The notes: generated by a model from the sequence alone, not told the origin. A DNA stretch of 64,000 bases from Alistipes sp. (GCA_045588005.1 JAZNDK010000015.1:7137-71136), one strand, 5' to 3'. Positions 9,825 through 19,675 are shown, counted from the first letter of the stretch. Numbers and translations are program-made.

Positions 9825-9871
9825 GCCGAGAACGTGAAAATTAGTACCTAAACAGAGGATTTCGTAGGATT

Positions 9872-12800
9872 ATGAGTAAATTTAGAGAGTATAAAGGTCT
9901 CGACTTGGCGGGCGTTGCCGACGAGGTATTGGCACGCTGGACCGAGGAAGATACCTTCCATAAGAGCATCACAACGCGTGAGGGCCATCCCACGTTTGTA
10001 TTCTATGAGGGTCCCCCCTCAGCCAACGGCACACCCGGTATCCACCACGTCATGGCGCGTACCATCAAGGATGTATTCTGCCGCTATAAGACCCAGCAGG
10101 GTTATCTCGTACACCGCAAGGCGGGTTGGGACACACACGGCCTACCCGTAGAGCTCGGTGTAGAGAAGAAGCTTGGCATCACCAAGGAGGATATCGGCAA
10201 GAAGATTACCATCGAGGAGTATAACAAGCAGTGCCGTGAGGCTGTGATGGAGTTCACCGACATATGGGAGGACCTCACACGCCGCATGGGTTATTGGGTA
10301 AATATGGATGATCCATATATCACCTACGACAATAAGTTTATCGAGACGTTGTGGTGGCTCTTGAAGCAGCTCTTCGAGAAGGGTTTGCTCTACAAGGGTT
10401 ACACCATTCAGCCCTACTCGCCCGCAGCAGGTACAGGTCTCTCGACGCACGAGCTTAACCAGCCCGGCTGCTACCGCGATGTTAAGGATACCACGTGTAC
10501 GGCTCAGTTCCGCATCCTCGACCCTAAGGCCGAGATGGAGGGTTGGGGCACACCCTTCTTCCTCGCATGGACCACAACACCGTGGACACTCCCCTCGAAT
10601 ACAGCACTCTGCGTTGGCCCCAAGATCGACTACGTCGCAGTACGCACCTACAACCCCTACAACGGAGAGAAGATGACCGCCGTGGTTGGCGAGCCTCTGC
10701 TCTACTCAATCTTCAACAAGAAGGCCGAGGAGCTTAAACTCGAAGATTACAAGGTGGGCGACAAGCTCATACCCTTTGAGGTTGTGGGTAAATGGCGCGG
10801 TACGGAGCTCGAAGGCATGCACTACGAGCAGCTACTGCCGTGGGTTAAGCCCGTCGAGGCAGACGAGAAGGGTAACTGGAAGGAGGCTTCGGATAAGGCG
10901 TTCCGCGTAATCTTGGGCGACTATGTCACCACCGAGGATGGTACAGGTATCGTACATATCGCTCCGACGTTTGGTGCTGACGACGCATTCGTAGCGCGTC
11001 AGGCAGGCATCCCTTCGCTCTTTATGATTAACAAACGCGGCGAGACACGCCCCATGGTGGACTTCACAGGTAAGTTCTACCTCATGGCCGAGCTCGACGA
11101 GAAGTTTGCCGAGGAGTGCGTAACAGCCGAGTATAAGGAGTATGAGGGCCGATGGGTGAAGAACGCCTACGACCCGCAGTTTACCGTAGATGGCCGCTAC
11201 GACGAGAAGGCTGCGGCAGCTGCCGAGAACCTCGACATCTACATCTCTATCAAGCTTAAGGAGGCAGGCAAGGTATTCAAGATCGAGAAGCATACCCACA
11301 ACTACCCCCACTGCTGGCGTACAGATAAGCCCGTGTTGTACTACCCGCTCGACTCGTGGTTTATCCGCACAACAGCACTTCGTGAGCGCATGATGGAGCT
11401 CAACAAGACAATCTACTGGAAGCCCGAGAGCACAGGTACAGGTCGCTTTGGCAAGTGGTTGGAGAATATCAATGACTGGAATCTCTCGCGTTCACGCTTC
11501 TGGGGCACTCCGCTACCTATCTGGGCTACGGAGGATCGCACCGAGCTTAAATGTATCGGTTCTATCGAGGAGCTCGTGGCCGAGATTGAGAAGTCGGTAG
11601 CCGCAGGCTTCATGAGCGAGAACCCCTACAAGAGGTTCAAGGTGGGCGATATGTCGAAGGAGAACTACTCGACAGAGGTCATCGACCTACACCGCCCCTA
11701 TGTCGATAACATCGTGTTGGTGTCGGCAAAGGGAGAGCCTATGCGTCGTGAGCCCGACCTTATCGACGTATGGTTCGACTCGGGAGCTATGCCCTACGCT
11801 CAGGTACACTACCCCTTCGAGGCTAAGGAGGGCTTCGACCAGATCTATCCCGCCGACTTTATCGCCGAGGGTGTAGATCAGACTCGCGGTTGGTTCTACA
11901 CGCTGCACGCTATCGCCGTAATGCTCTTCGACTCGGTGGCCTTCAAGAATATCATATCGAACGGCCTCGTGCTCGACAAGAACGGCAACAAGATGTCGAA
12001 GCGTCTGGGCAATGCCGTCGATCCCTTCGATGTATTGAAGAAGTATGGTGCAGATGCGACACGCTGGTATATGATATCGAACTCGCAGCCGTGGGATAAC
12101 CTTAAATTCGATGTGGATGGCGTGGATGAGTGCCGCCGCAAGTTCTTCGGCACACTCTACAACACATACTCGTTCTTCGCCCTCTATGCCAATATCGACG
12201 GCTTCACGGGTAAAGAGGCAGAGGTTCCCGTGGAGAAGCGCAGCGAAATTGACCGCTGGATACTCTCGGAGCTCAACACCCTTATCCGCGATGTCACCAC
12301 ATCGTTGGAGGAGTACGACCCCACACCCGCAGCACGCCGCATCGACACCTTCGTAAATGAGAACCTCTCGAATTGGTATGTGCGTCTTAACCGTAAGCGT
12401 TTCTGGGGCGGCGAGCTCAGCGAGGATAAGCTTGCTGCATACCAGACACTATACACATGCTTGGAGACCGTCGTGATGTTGGCTGCACCTATTGCTCCCT
12501 TCATCACCGATCGCATCTTCCGTGACCTGAATGCCGTAAGCGGCCGCCACTCGGAGGAGAGCGTTCACTTGGCAACATATCCCGTAGCCAACGAGAACCT
12601 CATCTGCCCCGAGCTTGAGGAGATGATGTCACTCGCTCAGCGCACATCATCGATGGTACTTGCTCTGCGCCGTAAGGTTAATATCAAGGTGCGTCAGCCC
12701 CTACAGAAGATTATAATCCCCGTATTGGATAAGGCTATGGCAGCTCACATCGAGTCGGTACGCCAGCTCATCATGAACGAGGTAAATGTTAAGGATATCG

Positions 12801-13357
12801 AGCTTATCTCGGATACCACAGGCATCATCACCAAGCGTATCAAGCCCAACTTCAAGACATTAGGTCCTAAGTATGGCAAGTATATGAAGCAGATTGCAGC
12901 CTTGGTAGCCACCTTCACTCAGGAGCAGATTGCCGCTGTGGAGAACGATGCCGAGACCATCCTCTCGATCGATGGCGAGAAGCTTACCACGACAGCTGCC
13001 GACTACGACATCACCTCGGAGGATATGCCCGGATGGTTGGTTGCGTCGGAGGGTAAGCTCACCGTGGCTCTCGACATCACCATCACCGACGACCTTCGTC
13101 GCGAGGGTGTAGCTCGCGAGCTGGTGAACCGCATCCAGAACATCCGCAAGGAGTCGGGATTTGAGGTTACCGATAAGATTCGTGTCGAGATTGAGCTTAA
13201 CGAGGAGACCTCTGCCGCCGTGGAGAGCTTCGCCGACTACATCGCTCAGCAGACCCTTGCCGTAGAGGTTAAGGCGGTAGCCGCACCTCAGGGCGAGAGA
13301 GTCATCGACTCTGACTTGGATGAGTCACCCCTTAAGATTGCTGTATCGCGCATATAG
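9872..13357 (+). CDS. ileS: Isoleucyl-tRNA synthetase, type 2
   Basis: EGPPSANG.PGIHH, GWDTHGLPVE, WTTTPWTLP, GTGIVH, KMSKR. Confidence 0.98.
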   Translation: MSKFREYKGLDLAGVADEVLARWTEEDTFHKSITTREGHPTFVFYEGPPSANGTPGIHHVMARTIKDVFCRYKTQQGYLVHRKAGWDTHGLPVELGVEKKLGITKEDIGKKITIEEYNKQCREAVMEFTDIWEDLTRRMGYWVNMDDPYITYDNKFIETLWWLLKQLFEKGLLYKGYTIQPYSPAAGTGLSTHELNQPGCYRDVKDTTCTAQFRILDPKAEMEGWGTPFFLAWTTTPWTLPSNTALCVGPKIDYVAVRTYNPYNGEKMTAVVGEPLLYSIFNKKAEELKLEDYKVGDKLIPFEVVGKWRGTELEGMHYEQLLPWVKPVEADEKGNWKEASDKAFRVILGDYVTTEDGTGIVHIAPTFGADDAFVARQAGIPSLFMINKRGETRPMVDFTGKFYLMAELDEKFAEECVTAEYKEYEGRWVKNAYDPQFTVDGRYDEKAAAAAENLDIYISIKLKEAGKVFKIEKHTHNYPHCWRTDKPVLYYPLDSWFIRTTALRERMMELNKTIYWKPESTGTGRFGKWLENINDWNLSRSRFWGTPLPIWATEDRTELKCIGSIEELVAEIEKSVAAGFMSENPYKRFKVGDMSKENYSTEVIDLHRPYVDNIVLVSAKGEPMRREPDLIDVWFDSGAMPYAQVHYPFEAKEGFDQIYPADFIAEGVDQTRGWFYTLHAIAVMLFDSVAFKNIISNGLVLDKNGNKMSKRLGNAVDPFDVLKKYGADATRWYMISNSQPWDNLKFDVDGVDECRRKFFGTLYNTYSFFALYANIDGFTGKEAEVPVEKRSEIDRWILSELNTLIRDVTTSLEEYDPTPAARRIDTFVNENLSNWYVRLNRKRFWGGELSEDKLAAYQTLYTCLETVVMLAAPIAPFITDRIFRDLNAVSGRHSEESVHLATYPVANENLICPELEEMMSLAQRTSSMVLALRRKVNIKVRQPLQKIIIPVLDKAMAAHIESVRQLIMNEVNVKDIELISDTTGIITKRIKPNFKTLGPKYGKYMKQIAALVATFTQEQIAAVENDAETILSIDGEKLTTTAADYDITSEDMPGWLVASEGKLTVALDITITDDLRREGVARELVNRIQNIRKESGFEVTDKIRVEIELNEETSAAVESFADYIAQQTLAVEVKAVAAPQGERVIDSDLDESPLKIAVSRI

Positions 13358-13381
13358 TCGCCCTGCAACAAGTTGTAGATC

Positions 13382-13418
13382 GAGGCAGCTACCGTCGGGT
13401 AGCTGCCTCAGATTTTTT
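13382..13418 (+). terminator. Intrinsic terminator after ileS
   Basis: GAGGCAGCTACC-GTCG-GGTAGCTGCCTC then AGATTTTTT. Confidence 0.75.
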
Positions 13419-13556
13419 ACACCTATATAATATATAATGTGGGAGAGGAGCGAAAAACTTTTTTCTGCTTTTTTGTAACAATTATTTGCATGTGTCATAT
13501 TTTTTGCTTATTTTTGTTTATTAAACTATGTATAACCGTACTAAAACAATACGATT

Positions 13557-13931
13557 ATGGCAGAGGAGAAGACCAGATACAACGATTCGGAGCTTGCCGA
13601 ATTTCGTGAGTTGATAGAGCAGAAGTTAGCATCGGCACGTGCCGACTATGATATGTTGCGCTCGGCAACAAGCAACGAGAACGATACCGAGGACTCATCC
13701 CCCACCTTTAAGGTTATGGAAGAGGGTGCAACAACACTCTCTAAGGAGGAGTATGGTCGCTTGGCTGCACGTCAGGTTAAATTCATCCGCAACTTAGAGA
13801 TGGCCCTGGTACGCATCAACAACAAGACCTATGGCATCTGCAAGACTACGGGTAAGCTGATACCTCGTGAGCGTCTGCTACGCGTACCCCACGCCACAGA
13901 GTGCATCGAAGCCAAAGAGGCCCGCAAATAA
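13557..13931 (+). CDS. dksA: TraR/DksA family transcription factor (two-Cys Bacteroidetes type)
   Basis: RYND.EL.EF, RQ.KFI..L..AL.RI.NKTYGIC..TGKLIP.ERL..VPHAT. Confidence 0.9.
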   Translation: MAEEKTRYNDSELAEFRELIEQKLASARADYDMLRSATSNENDTEDSSPTFKVMEEGATTLSKEEYGRLAARQVKFIRNLEMALVRINNKTYGICKTTGKLIPRERLLRVPHATECIEAKEARK

Positions 13932-13946
13932 AGGCTCACAACCCAA

Positions 13947-14112
13947 GGGGCAGAGAGAGGGGGGACAAGAGAGAGAGAGAGAGAGAGAGAAAGAAAGAGA
14001 GGTAAGAGAGAGCAAGAAAGGTAAGAGAGAGAGTGTGTGAAAAAGTAAGAGTAAGAGAGAGGACTGAGAGATATAGAGGGCTAATAAACAGAGAGGGCCG
14101 AGAGATAAAAGG
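13947..14112 (+). repeat. Purine-rich low-complexity tract including (GA)11
   Basis: (GA)11 at 13969-13990 within about 165 nt dominated by G and A. Confidence 0.9.
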
Positions 14113-14240
14113 ACTTCAGAAATATAGATGTTAAAATATATGGCGTTCGCTCCACAAAACGTGGGGCGAACATCTTTTGTATAGCAGGTCAATTGCTCAC
14201 AACCTATTGAAATGGCGATATATAGTGCAAAATATACTAT

Positions 14241-14291
14241 ACCGTTCATCCCCAAAAATTATCAATTCATCCCCGAAAATCTACCGTTAAT
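14241..14291 (+). promoter_or_regulatory. Three LytTR-type direct repeats at 21-bp period
   Basis: ACCGTTCAT (14241), TCAATTCAT (14262), ACCGTTAAT (14283). Confidence 0.65.
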
Positions 14292-14366
14292 AAAACTTTT
14301 GAAAATATTATTGAATTTTTTTAATAAAATAATTGCACGGTTAAAACTTTGTGCTTACCTTTGCAG

Positions 14367-14527
14367 TGAAGTTTTAAGGTTCATTTAGGTTAGTAGTTTT
14401 AGGTTGGGAGGCAATCGAAAGGTTGTAGCAAAAGATGGTAACTCGCTGATGAGTACCATGTTTTGTTACTAAGGCAGACAGCGGACTCGCTGCCATGTTG
14501 AACACCTTTCGAGGGCCTCATTTTTTT
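14367..14527 (+). ncRNA. Candidate structured small RNA (about 160 nt)
   Basis: TACCTTTG -7 box at 14356-14363; three-helix fold closed by GAGGC..TCGAAAGGT/ACCTTTCGA..GCCTC followed by T7; no credible ORF. Confidence 0.7.
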
Positions 14528-14651
14528 ATTCTTTGTAGCAGGTTCTTCGCCGAGAGGTCGAATTAAGGCTAAATTTTGCATTATCTAACAAAAAATTACT
14601 AAATTTGCAACTTAGTGGCATGTATAACACCCACCATAAAAGGTTGCAACC

Positions 14652-15812
14652 ATGAAGCACGGATATACCATAGGCTTTGATGCGCACTACGCCAACACCA
14701 ACAATACCGATCTCGGGAACTACTCGAGGTCGATAATCGATGCGCTCGCAACAGCTGCCCCCCGATACGGATATATCCGAATGTACATCCGAAAACGACA
14801 CCCCCACGCCGAGTATGACAAGCTCGCAGAGAGAGCAAACATCGAATCGATGGAGCCTGACGGAGCACTATGGCGCAAGATGACCTCACTATGGAGAATA
14901 GCGCGCCTTGCAAAAGATGCAAAGCGTGGCGACGTAGCTCTGTTTCACGGCCTTGCAGGCGAGCTGCCCTTAGCTCTCGGTCAATACAACATTCGCAGCG
15001 TGGTGACAATCCACGACTTCTCGTTCATACACCTCGCCTCGTTCTACACCCCTTGGAAGCGTGCATGGCTGAGAATCAAGAGTGCCAAGACCCTCTACCA
15101 GGCCGACCGGATTGTAGCGGTAAGCAACAATGTTAAACAGGATGCCGTACACTACTTCGGCATAGACCCCGACAAGATAGACGTCATATACCGTTCGTGC
15201 GATAGATCTATGCTGGGCGAAGTAACAGCTGATAAGATGAATATGGTGCGCAACCGCTATGCCCTACCTGAGCGCTACATGGTCACAGTAGGAACTCAAA
15301 GCGAGCGAAAGAACCTATCGCTTATAATAGAGGCCATGGCCGAACTCAAAGATAAGAGCGTAAAACTTGTCATCGTAGGTCGAGGCACGGGTAACAGCGA
15401 GAGAATAAGACACCGCATCAAATCTCTCGGCCTCGAAGAGCGCGTGCTGATGCTACATGGCGTGCCTACCGAGGATTTGGCAGCTATATACCGAGGTGCC
15501 GATCTCTTTATCAACGCTTCACTTTATGATGGTTTTGCTCAAAGCATCGTCGAGGCCATAACCATAGGCACTCCTGTCATTGCGACAAAGGGGTCGAGCC
15601 ACGAGGAAGCGGGAGGGCCAAACTCGATATATGTATCGGCCGACAACCACCGCGAGCTGAGCGAGGCGATGGAGCATCTGCTGCAAAGCGAGGAGCTCCG
15701 CAACGAAATGAGCCGAAAAGGCAGAGAGTATGCATCGCGCTTTCGTAGCGAGGTAATAGCATACAACCTGCTTAACTGCTATCGAAGGATCGGTATAGAC
15801 CTAAATGAGTAG
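14652..15812 (+). CDS. Glycosyltransferase family 4 (GT-B)
   Basis: IGFDA...N.T.LGNYSR, VVTIHD, RKNL, SLYDGF..SIVEA...G.PVI; own promoter TTTG-N21-TAAATTTG at 14575-14607. Confidence 0.88.
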   Translation: MKHGYTIGFDAHYANTNNTDLGNYSRSIIDALATAAPRYGYIRMYIRKRHPHAEYDKLAERANIESMEPDGALWRKMTSLWRIARLAKDAKRGDVALFHGLAGELPLALGQYNIRSVVTIHDFSFIHLASFYTPWKRAWLRIKSAKTLYQADRIVAVSNNVKQDAVHYFGIDPDKIDVIYRSCDRSMLGEVTADKMNMVRNRYALPERYMVTVGTQSERKNLSLIIEAMAELKDKSVKLVIVGRGTGNSERIRHRIKSLGLEERVLMLHGVPTEDLAAIYRGADLFINASLYDGFAQSIVEAITIGTPVIATKGSSHEEAGGPNSIYVSADNHRELSEAMEHLLQSEELRNEMSRKGREYASRFRSEVIAYNLLNCYRRIGIDLNE

Positions 15813-16024
15813 AAAATAGGAATAGCAAAACAGAAAAACAGAATAATATTATATATTGCTGTCATTCAGCATTTTATGAATTTCTAAGCCATTTTTCAAC
15901 AGAAACTTATGGCTATTTAGGCAAAAATAAGTATCTTTGACAGCTTTATTACGCTATATTAGCACTGCAATAGAGCATAAACTAAGATAGGAGTAGAGAG
16001 GAAACACATATATTTATATAAGAT

Positions 16025-16900
16025 ATGAAGAAAGTAACGAAAATCGTAGTTATGGCAAAACAGGTGCCCGACACTCGCAATGTGGGTAAGGATGCCATGA
16101 CTCCGGAGGGTACGGTAAATCGTGCCGCTCTTGCCGCAATCTTCAACCCCGAGGATTTGAACGCTTTGGAGATGGCCCTACAAATCAAGGATCGATGCGA
16201 GGGCGCTGAGGTATATGTTTTGACCATGGGACCGCAGCGTGCTGCCGACGTTATACGCGAGGCTATGTGGCGCGGTGCTGATGGTGGATACCTTCTCTCG
16301 GGCAAGGAGTTTGCCGGCTCGGATACACTTGCAACATCTTACGCTCTGTCGTGCGCTCTGCGCAAGATCGAGCCCGACATTATCGTAGCAGGCCGTCAGG
16401 CCATCGATGGCGACACCGCTCAGGTAGGCCCTCAGGTGGCCGAGAAGCTCGACCTCCCGCAGGTAACCTACGCCGAGGAGCTTATCGACATCGGCGAGAA
16501 GGAGATTACCATTAAGCGTCGCTTGGAGCGTGGCTCGGAGGTTGTCGTATCGCCCCTGCCTGCAGTGATCACGGTGAACGCCTCGGCTAAGGAGTGCCGC
16601 CCTCGTAACGCCAAGAGAGTGATGAAGTATAAGTACGCTCTTGCAACATCCGAGATAGCCGCTGCTACCGAGGAGCGCAAGGCATTCATCGAGGATAGAG
16701 CCTATCTGCATATCGTGGAGTTTGCAGCAGCCGACGTAGATCCAGACCCTGCTCAGCTCGGACTATCAGGCTCGCCCACAAAGGTTAAGAAGATCGAGAA
16801 TGTCGTATTCCAAACAAAGGAGGCCAAGAAGCTATCGGCCGAGGATAGCGACATCGAGACACTCATGCAGGAACTTATCGCGAGCCACACGCTCGGCTAA
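16025..16900 (+). CDS. etfB: Electron transfer flavoprotein beta subunit
   Basis: KQVPDT, FAGSDTLAT, GRQAIDGDTAQVGP; -7 box at 15932-15939. Confidence 0.95.
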   Translation: MKKVTKIVVMAKQVPDTRNVGKDAMTPEGTVNRAALAAIFNPEDLNALEMALQIKDRCEGAEVYVLTMGPQRAADVIREAMWRGADGGYLLSGKEFAGSDTLATSYALSCALRKIEPDIIVAGRQAIDGDTAQVGPQVAEKLDLPQVTYAEELIDIGEKEITIKRRLERGSEVVVSPLPAVITVNASAKECRPRNAKRVMKYKYALATSEIAAATEERKAFIEDRAYLHIVEFAAADVDPDPAQLGLSGSPTKVKKIENVVFQTKEAKKLSAEDSDIETLMQELIASHTLG

Positions 16901-16917
16901 ACAAAGAATTGGGTAGT

Positions 16918-17937
16918 ATGAATAACGTATTTGTATATATCGAGATTGAGGAGCAGCAGATTGCAGATGTCTCGTTGGAGCTCCTCACCAAGGGCCGCGA
17001 GTTGGCCAACACGTTAGGTGTAAAGCTTGAGGCTGTCGTTGCCGGCAAGAGCGTTAAGGGCCTTGACAAGGAGCTTGCCAAGTATGGCGCAGACACGGTA
17101 TGGGTTGCCGAGGATGAGATATTCTCACCATTCCGCACCCTTCCCCACACAGCTGTAATGGTAGGCCTTATCGAGCAGGAGAAGCCACAGATTGTGCTCT
17201 TCGGAGCTACACCCGTTGGCCGCGACTTCGCACCGCGCGTATCGTCGGCTCTACATAGTGGTCTTACGGCCGACTGTACCGAGCTAATTATCGGCGAGCA
17301 CAAAGACCCCAAGACAGGCAAGGAGTACGACTCATTGCTCTATCAGATTCGCCCTGCCTTTGGAGGAAACATCATCGCGACAATCGTAAATCCGGAGTGT
17401 CGCCCTCAGATGGCTACCGTGCGCGAGGGTGTTATGCGTAAGGAGGAGCTCGCCACACCCGCCGCAGGCGAAGTGCGCGAGATAGAGTGGCAGAAGATGG
17501 TCAAGGATAGCGACCTTGCGGTACGCATCATCGCCCGCGAGATCGAGGAGCGCAAGATAAACATCAAGAATGCAGCAGTCATCGTTGCAGGTGGTTACGG
17601 CATGGGCTCGAAGGAGGGCTTCAAACTCGTACATGAGCTTGCCGACGTACTTGGTGGCGAGGTGGGTGCTTCGCGTGCGGCGGTAGATGCCGGCTTCACG
17701 GAGCATGAGCGTCAGATTGGTCAGACAGGTGTTACGGTACGCCCCAAACTCTATATCGCATGCGGTATCTCGGGACAGATTCAGCATACGGCAGGTATGG
17801 ATGGCTCGTCGATGATCATATCGATAAATACCGACCCTGAGGCTCCCATCAACAAGATTGCCGACTACGCTATCACGGGTAGTGTCGAGGAGGTTATCCC
17901 CAAGATGATTAAGTATTACAAGCAAAATTCGAAGTAG
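16918..17937 (+). CDS. etfA: Electron transfer flavoprotein alpha subunit
   Basis: GLTADCT, RPAFGGN, GASRAAVD, QIGQTG..VRPKLYIACGISGQIQH. Confidence 0.95.
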   Translation: MNNVFVYIEIEEQQIADVSLELLTKGRELANTLGVKLEAVVAGKSVKGLDKELAKYGADTVWVAEDEIFSPFRTLPHTAVMVGLIEQEKPQIVLFGATPVGRDFAPRVSSALHSGLTADCTELIIGEHKDPKTGKEYDSLLYQIRPAFGGNIIATIVNPECRPQMATVREGVMRKEELATPAAGEVREIEWQKMVKDSDLAVRIIAREIEERKINIKNAAVIVAGGYGMGSKEGFKLVHELADVLGGEVGASRAAVDAGFTEHERQIGQTGVTVRPKLYIACGISGQIQHTAGMDGSSMIISINTDPEAPINKIADYAITGSVEEVIPKMIKYYKQNSK

Positions 17938-17941
17938 AGCT

Positions 17942-19648
17942 ATGGCAAACTTTTTTAACGATAATAAGGATTTACAGTATCATCTCTCGCATCCGCTGAT
18001 GCAGAGAATCATCGAGCTCAAAGAGCGTAACTTTGCCGATGCTTCGCTCTACGACTATGCGCCTCAGAATGCGGAGGATGCCCTCGACTCGTATCGCCGC
18101 GTATTGGAGATTGTCGGCGAAGTGTGTGGCGAGGTTATCGCTGCCAATGCCGAGAGTGTCGATCATGAGGGCCCACGCGTGGTGAACGACCATGTTGAGT
18201 ACGCCTCGGGCACAGTACGCAATATCGAGGCTCTGGTCGAGGCCGGTCTTAGTGGCATGACCCTGCCTCGTAAGTACGACGGTCTGAACATGCCTGTTAC
18301 CTGCTTCGCTATGGCCAACGAGATGGTGGCACGCGCCGATGCCGGCTTCGAGAATATATGGGGCTTACAGGATTGTGCCGAGACCATCAACGAGTTCGCC
18401 TCGGAGGAGATTAAGGCCAAGTTCCTGCCGAGAGTATCGGCCGGCGAGACCTGCGCGATGGACCTTACCGAGCCCGATGCCGGTTCGGACCTCGGAGCTG
18501 TGATGCTAAAAGCTACATGGGATGAGGCTGCCAGCGTATGGCGTCTGAATGGATGTAAGAGATTTATTACCAATGGCGATGGTGACATCTCGCTGGTACT
18601 TGCCCGCACCGAGGAGGGGACAAAGGATGCACGAGGCCTCTCGATGCTCATCTACGACAAGCGCGACGGAGGTGTTAAGGTGCGCCGCATCGAGAACAAG
18701 CTCGGTATCAAGGGCTCACCCACCTGCGAGTTGGTATTCAACAACGCACCTGCCGTACTTGTTGGCGACCGCAAGATGGGTCTTATCAAGTATGTTATGT
18801 CGCTTATGAATGCTGCACGCTTGGGTATCGCAGCTCAATCTACGGGTCTTTGCGAGGCAGCCTACCGCGAGGCATTGAAGTATGCTGCGGAGCGCGAGCA
18901 GTTCGGTAAGTCGATCGACAAGTTCGCCGCCGTAGCCGAGATGCTTAAAAACATGGAGGCTAAGACTATGGCGTCGCGTGCCATGCTCTACGAGACAGCT
19001 CGTTTTGTCGATATCTACAAGCAGCTCAACCACATCTCTCAGGAGAGAAGCTTAGAGCCCGAGGAGCGTCAGGAAATGAAGTTCTACAACCGCCTTGCCG
19101 ACGGCTTTACACCCCTTGCCAAGATGTTCGCATCGGAGTATGCCAACGAGGTAGCCTACGACTCTATCCAGATTCACGGCGGCTCGGGCTATATGAAGGA
19201 CTACGCCTGCGAGCGTCTATACCGCGATGCCCGCATCATGAATATCTACGAGGGTACTACACAGCTTCAGGTTGTAGCAGCTATCAACCATGTCACTAAG
19301 GGCACATACCTCGAGCAGATTAAGCGTTACGAGGAGGAGAAGCGTAGCGATAACACTCGCGCTATGGGCGAGAAGCTCGTGGCTCTGCGTGGCATCTATG
19401 AGCAGGTTGTCGAGCGAGTAGAGACTCTCGACAAGGAGTGCTCAGGATATAAGGACTTGCACGCTCGCCGCTTGGTCGAGATTGCAGGTTATATTATCCT
19501 CTCGCATGTTATGGTGCGTCAGGCAACCGAGTTGGAGGAGTATGTAGCTCCATGCAAGGTATTTGTTAAGTATGCATCGAAGAAGATTGCTGAGGCTGCC
19601 ACAGCTATCAACGAGTCGGAAGTTTCAGATGTAGAGCTTTACAAATAG
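17942..19648 (+). CDS. Acyl-CoA dehydrogenase
   Basis: MDLTEPDAGSD, KRFITNG, KLGIKGSPTCE, MN.ARL, QIHGG.GY, IYEGTTQLQ. Confidence 0.95.
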   Translation: MANFFNDNKDLQYHLSHPLMQRIIELKERNFADASLYDYAPQNAEDALDSYRRVLEIVGEVCGEVIAANAESVDHEGPRVVNDHVEYASGTVRNIEALVEAGLSGMTLPRKYDGLNMPVTCFAMANEMVARADAGFENIWGLQDCAETINEFASEEIKAKFLPRVSAGETCAMDLTEPDAGSDLGAVMLKATWDEAASVWRLNGCKRFITNGDGDISLVLARTEEGTKDARGLSMLIYDKRDGGVKVRRIENKLGIKGSPTCELVFNNAPAVLVGDRKMGLIKYVMSLMNAARLGIAAQSTGLCEAAYREALKYAAEREQFGKSIDKFAAVAEMLKNMEAKTMASRAMLYETARFVDIYKQLNHISQERSLEPEERQEMKFYNRLADGFTPLAKMFASEYANEVAYDSIQIHGGSGYMKDYACERLYRDARIMNIYEGTTQLQVVAAINHVTKGTYLEQIKRYEEEKRSDNTRAMGEKLVALRGIYEQVVERVETLDKECSGYKDLHARRLVEIAGYIILSHVMVRQATELEEYVAPCKVFVKYASKKIAEAATAINESEVSDVELYK

Positions 19649-19675
19649 AGGATGTAGAGACTATAAAGTGAATAT

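Noticed and set aside
2001..13409. Similar terminator stems after the tRNA and ileS (GGCAGYTAC...GTAGCTGYC)
   Set aside because: Only two copies, too few to call a repeat family
14110..14140. dif site (also near 55260-55287)
   Set aside because: Only a partial XerD-like arm (ATGTTAAA, or TTATGTTAC at the second site) and no XerC arm
13878..14255. 125-aa minus-strand ORF
   Set aside because: Leu/Ser low complexity produced by the GA tract; overlaps dksA
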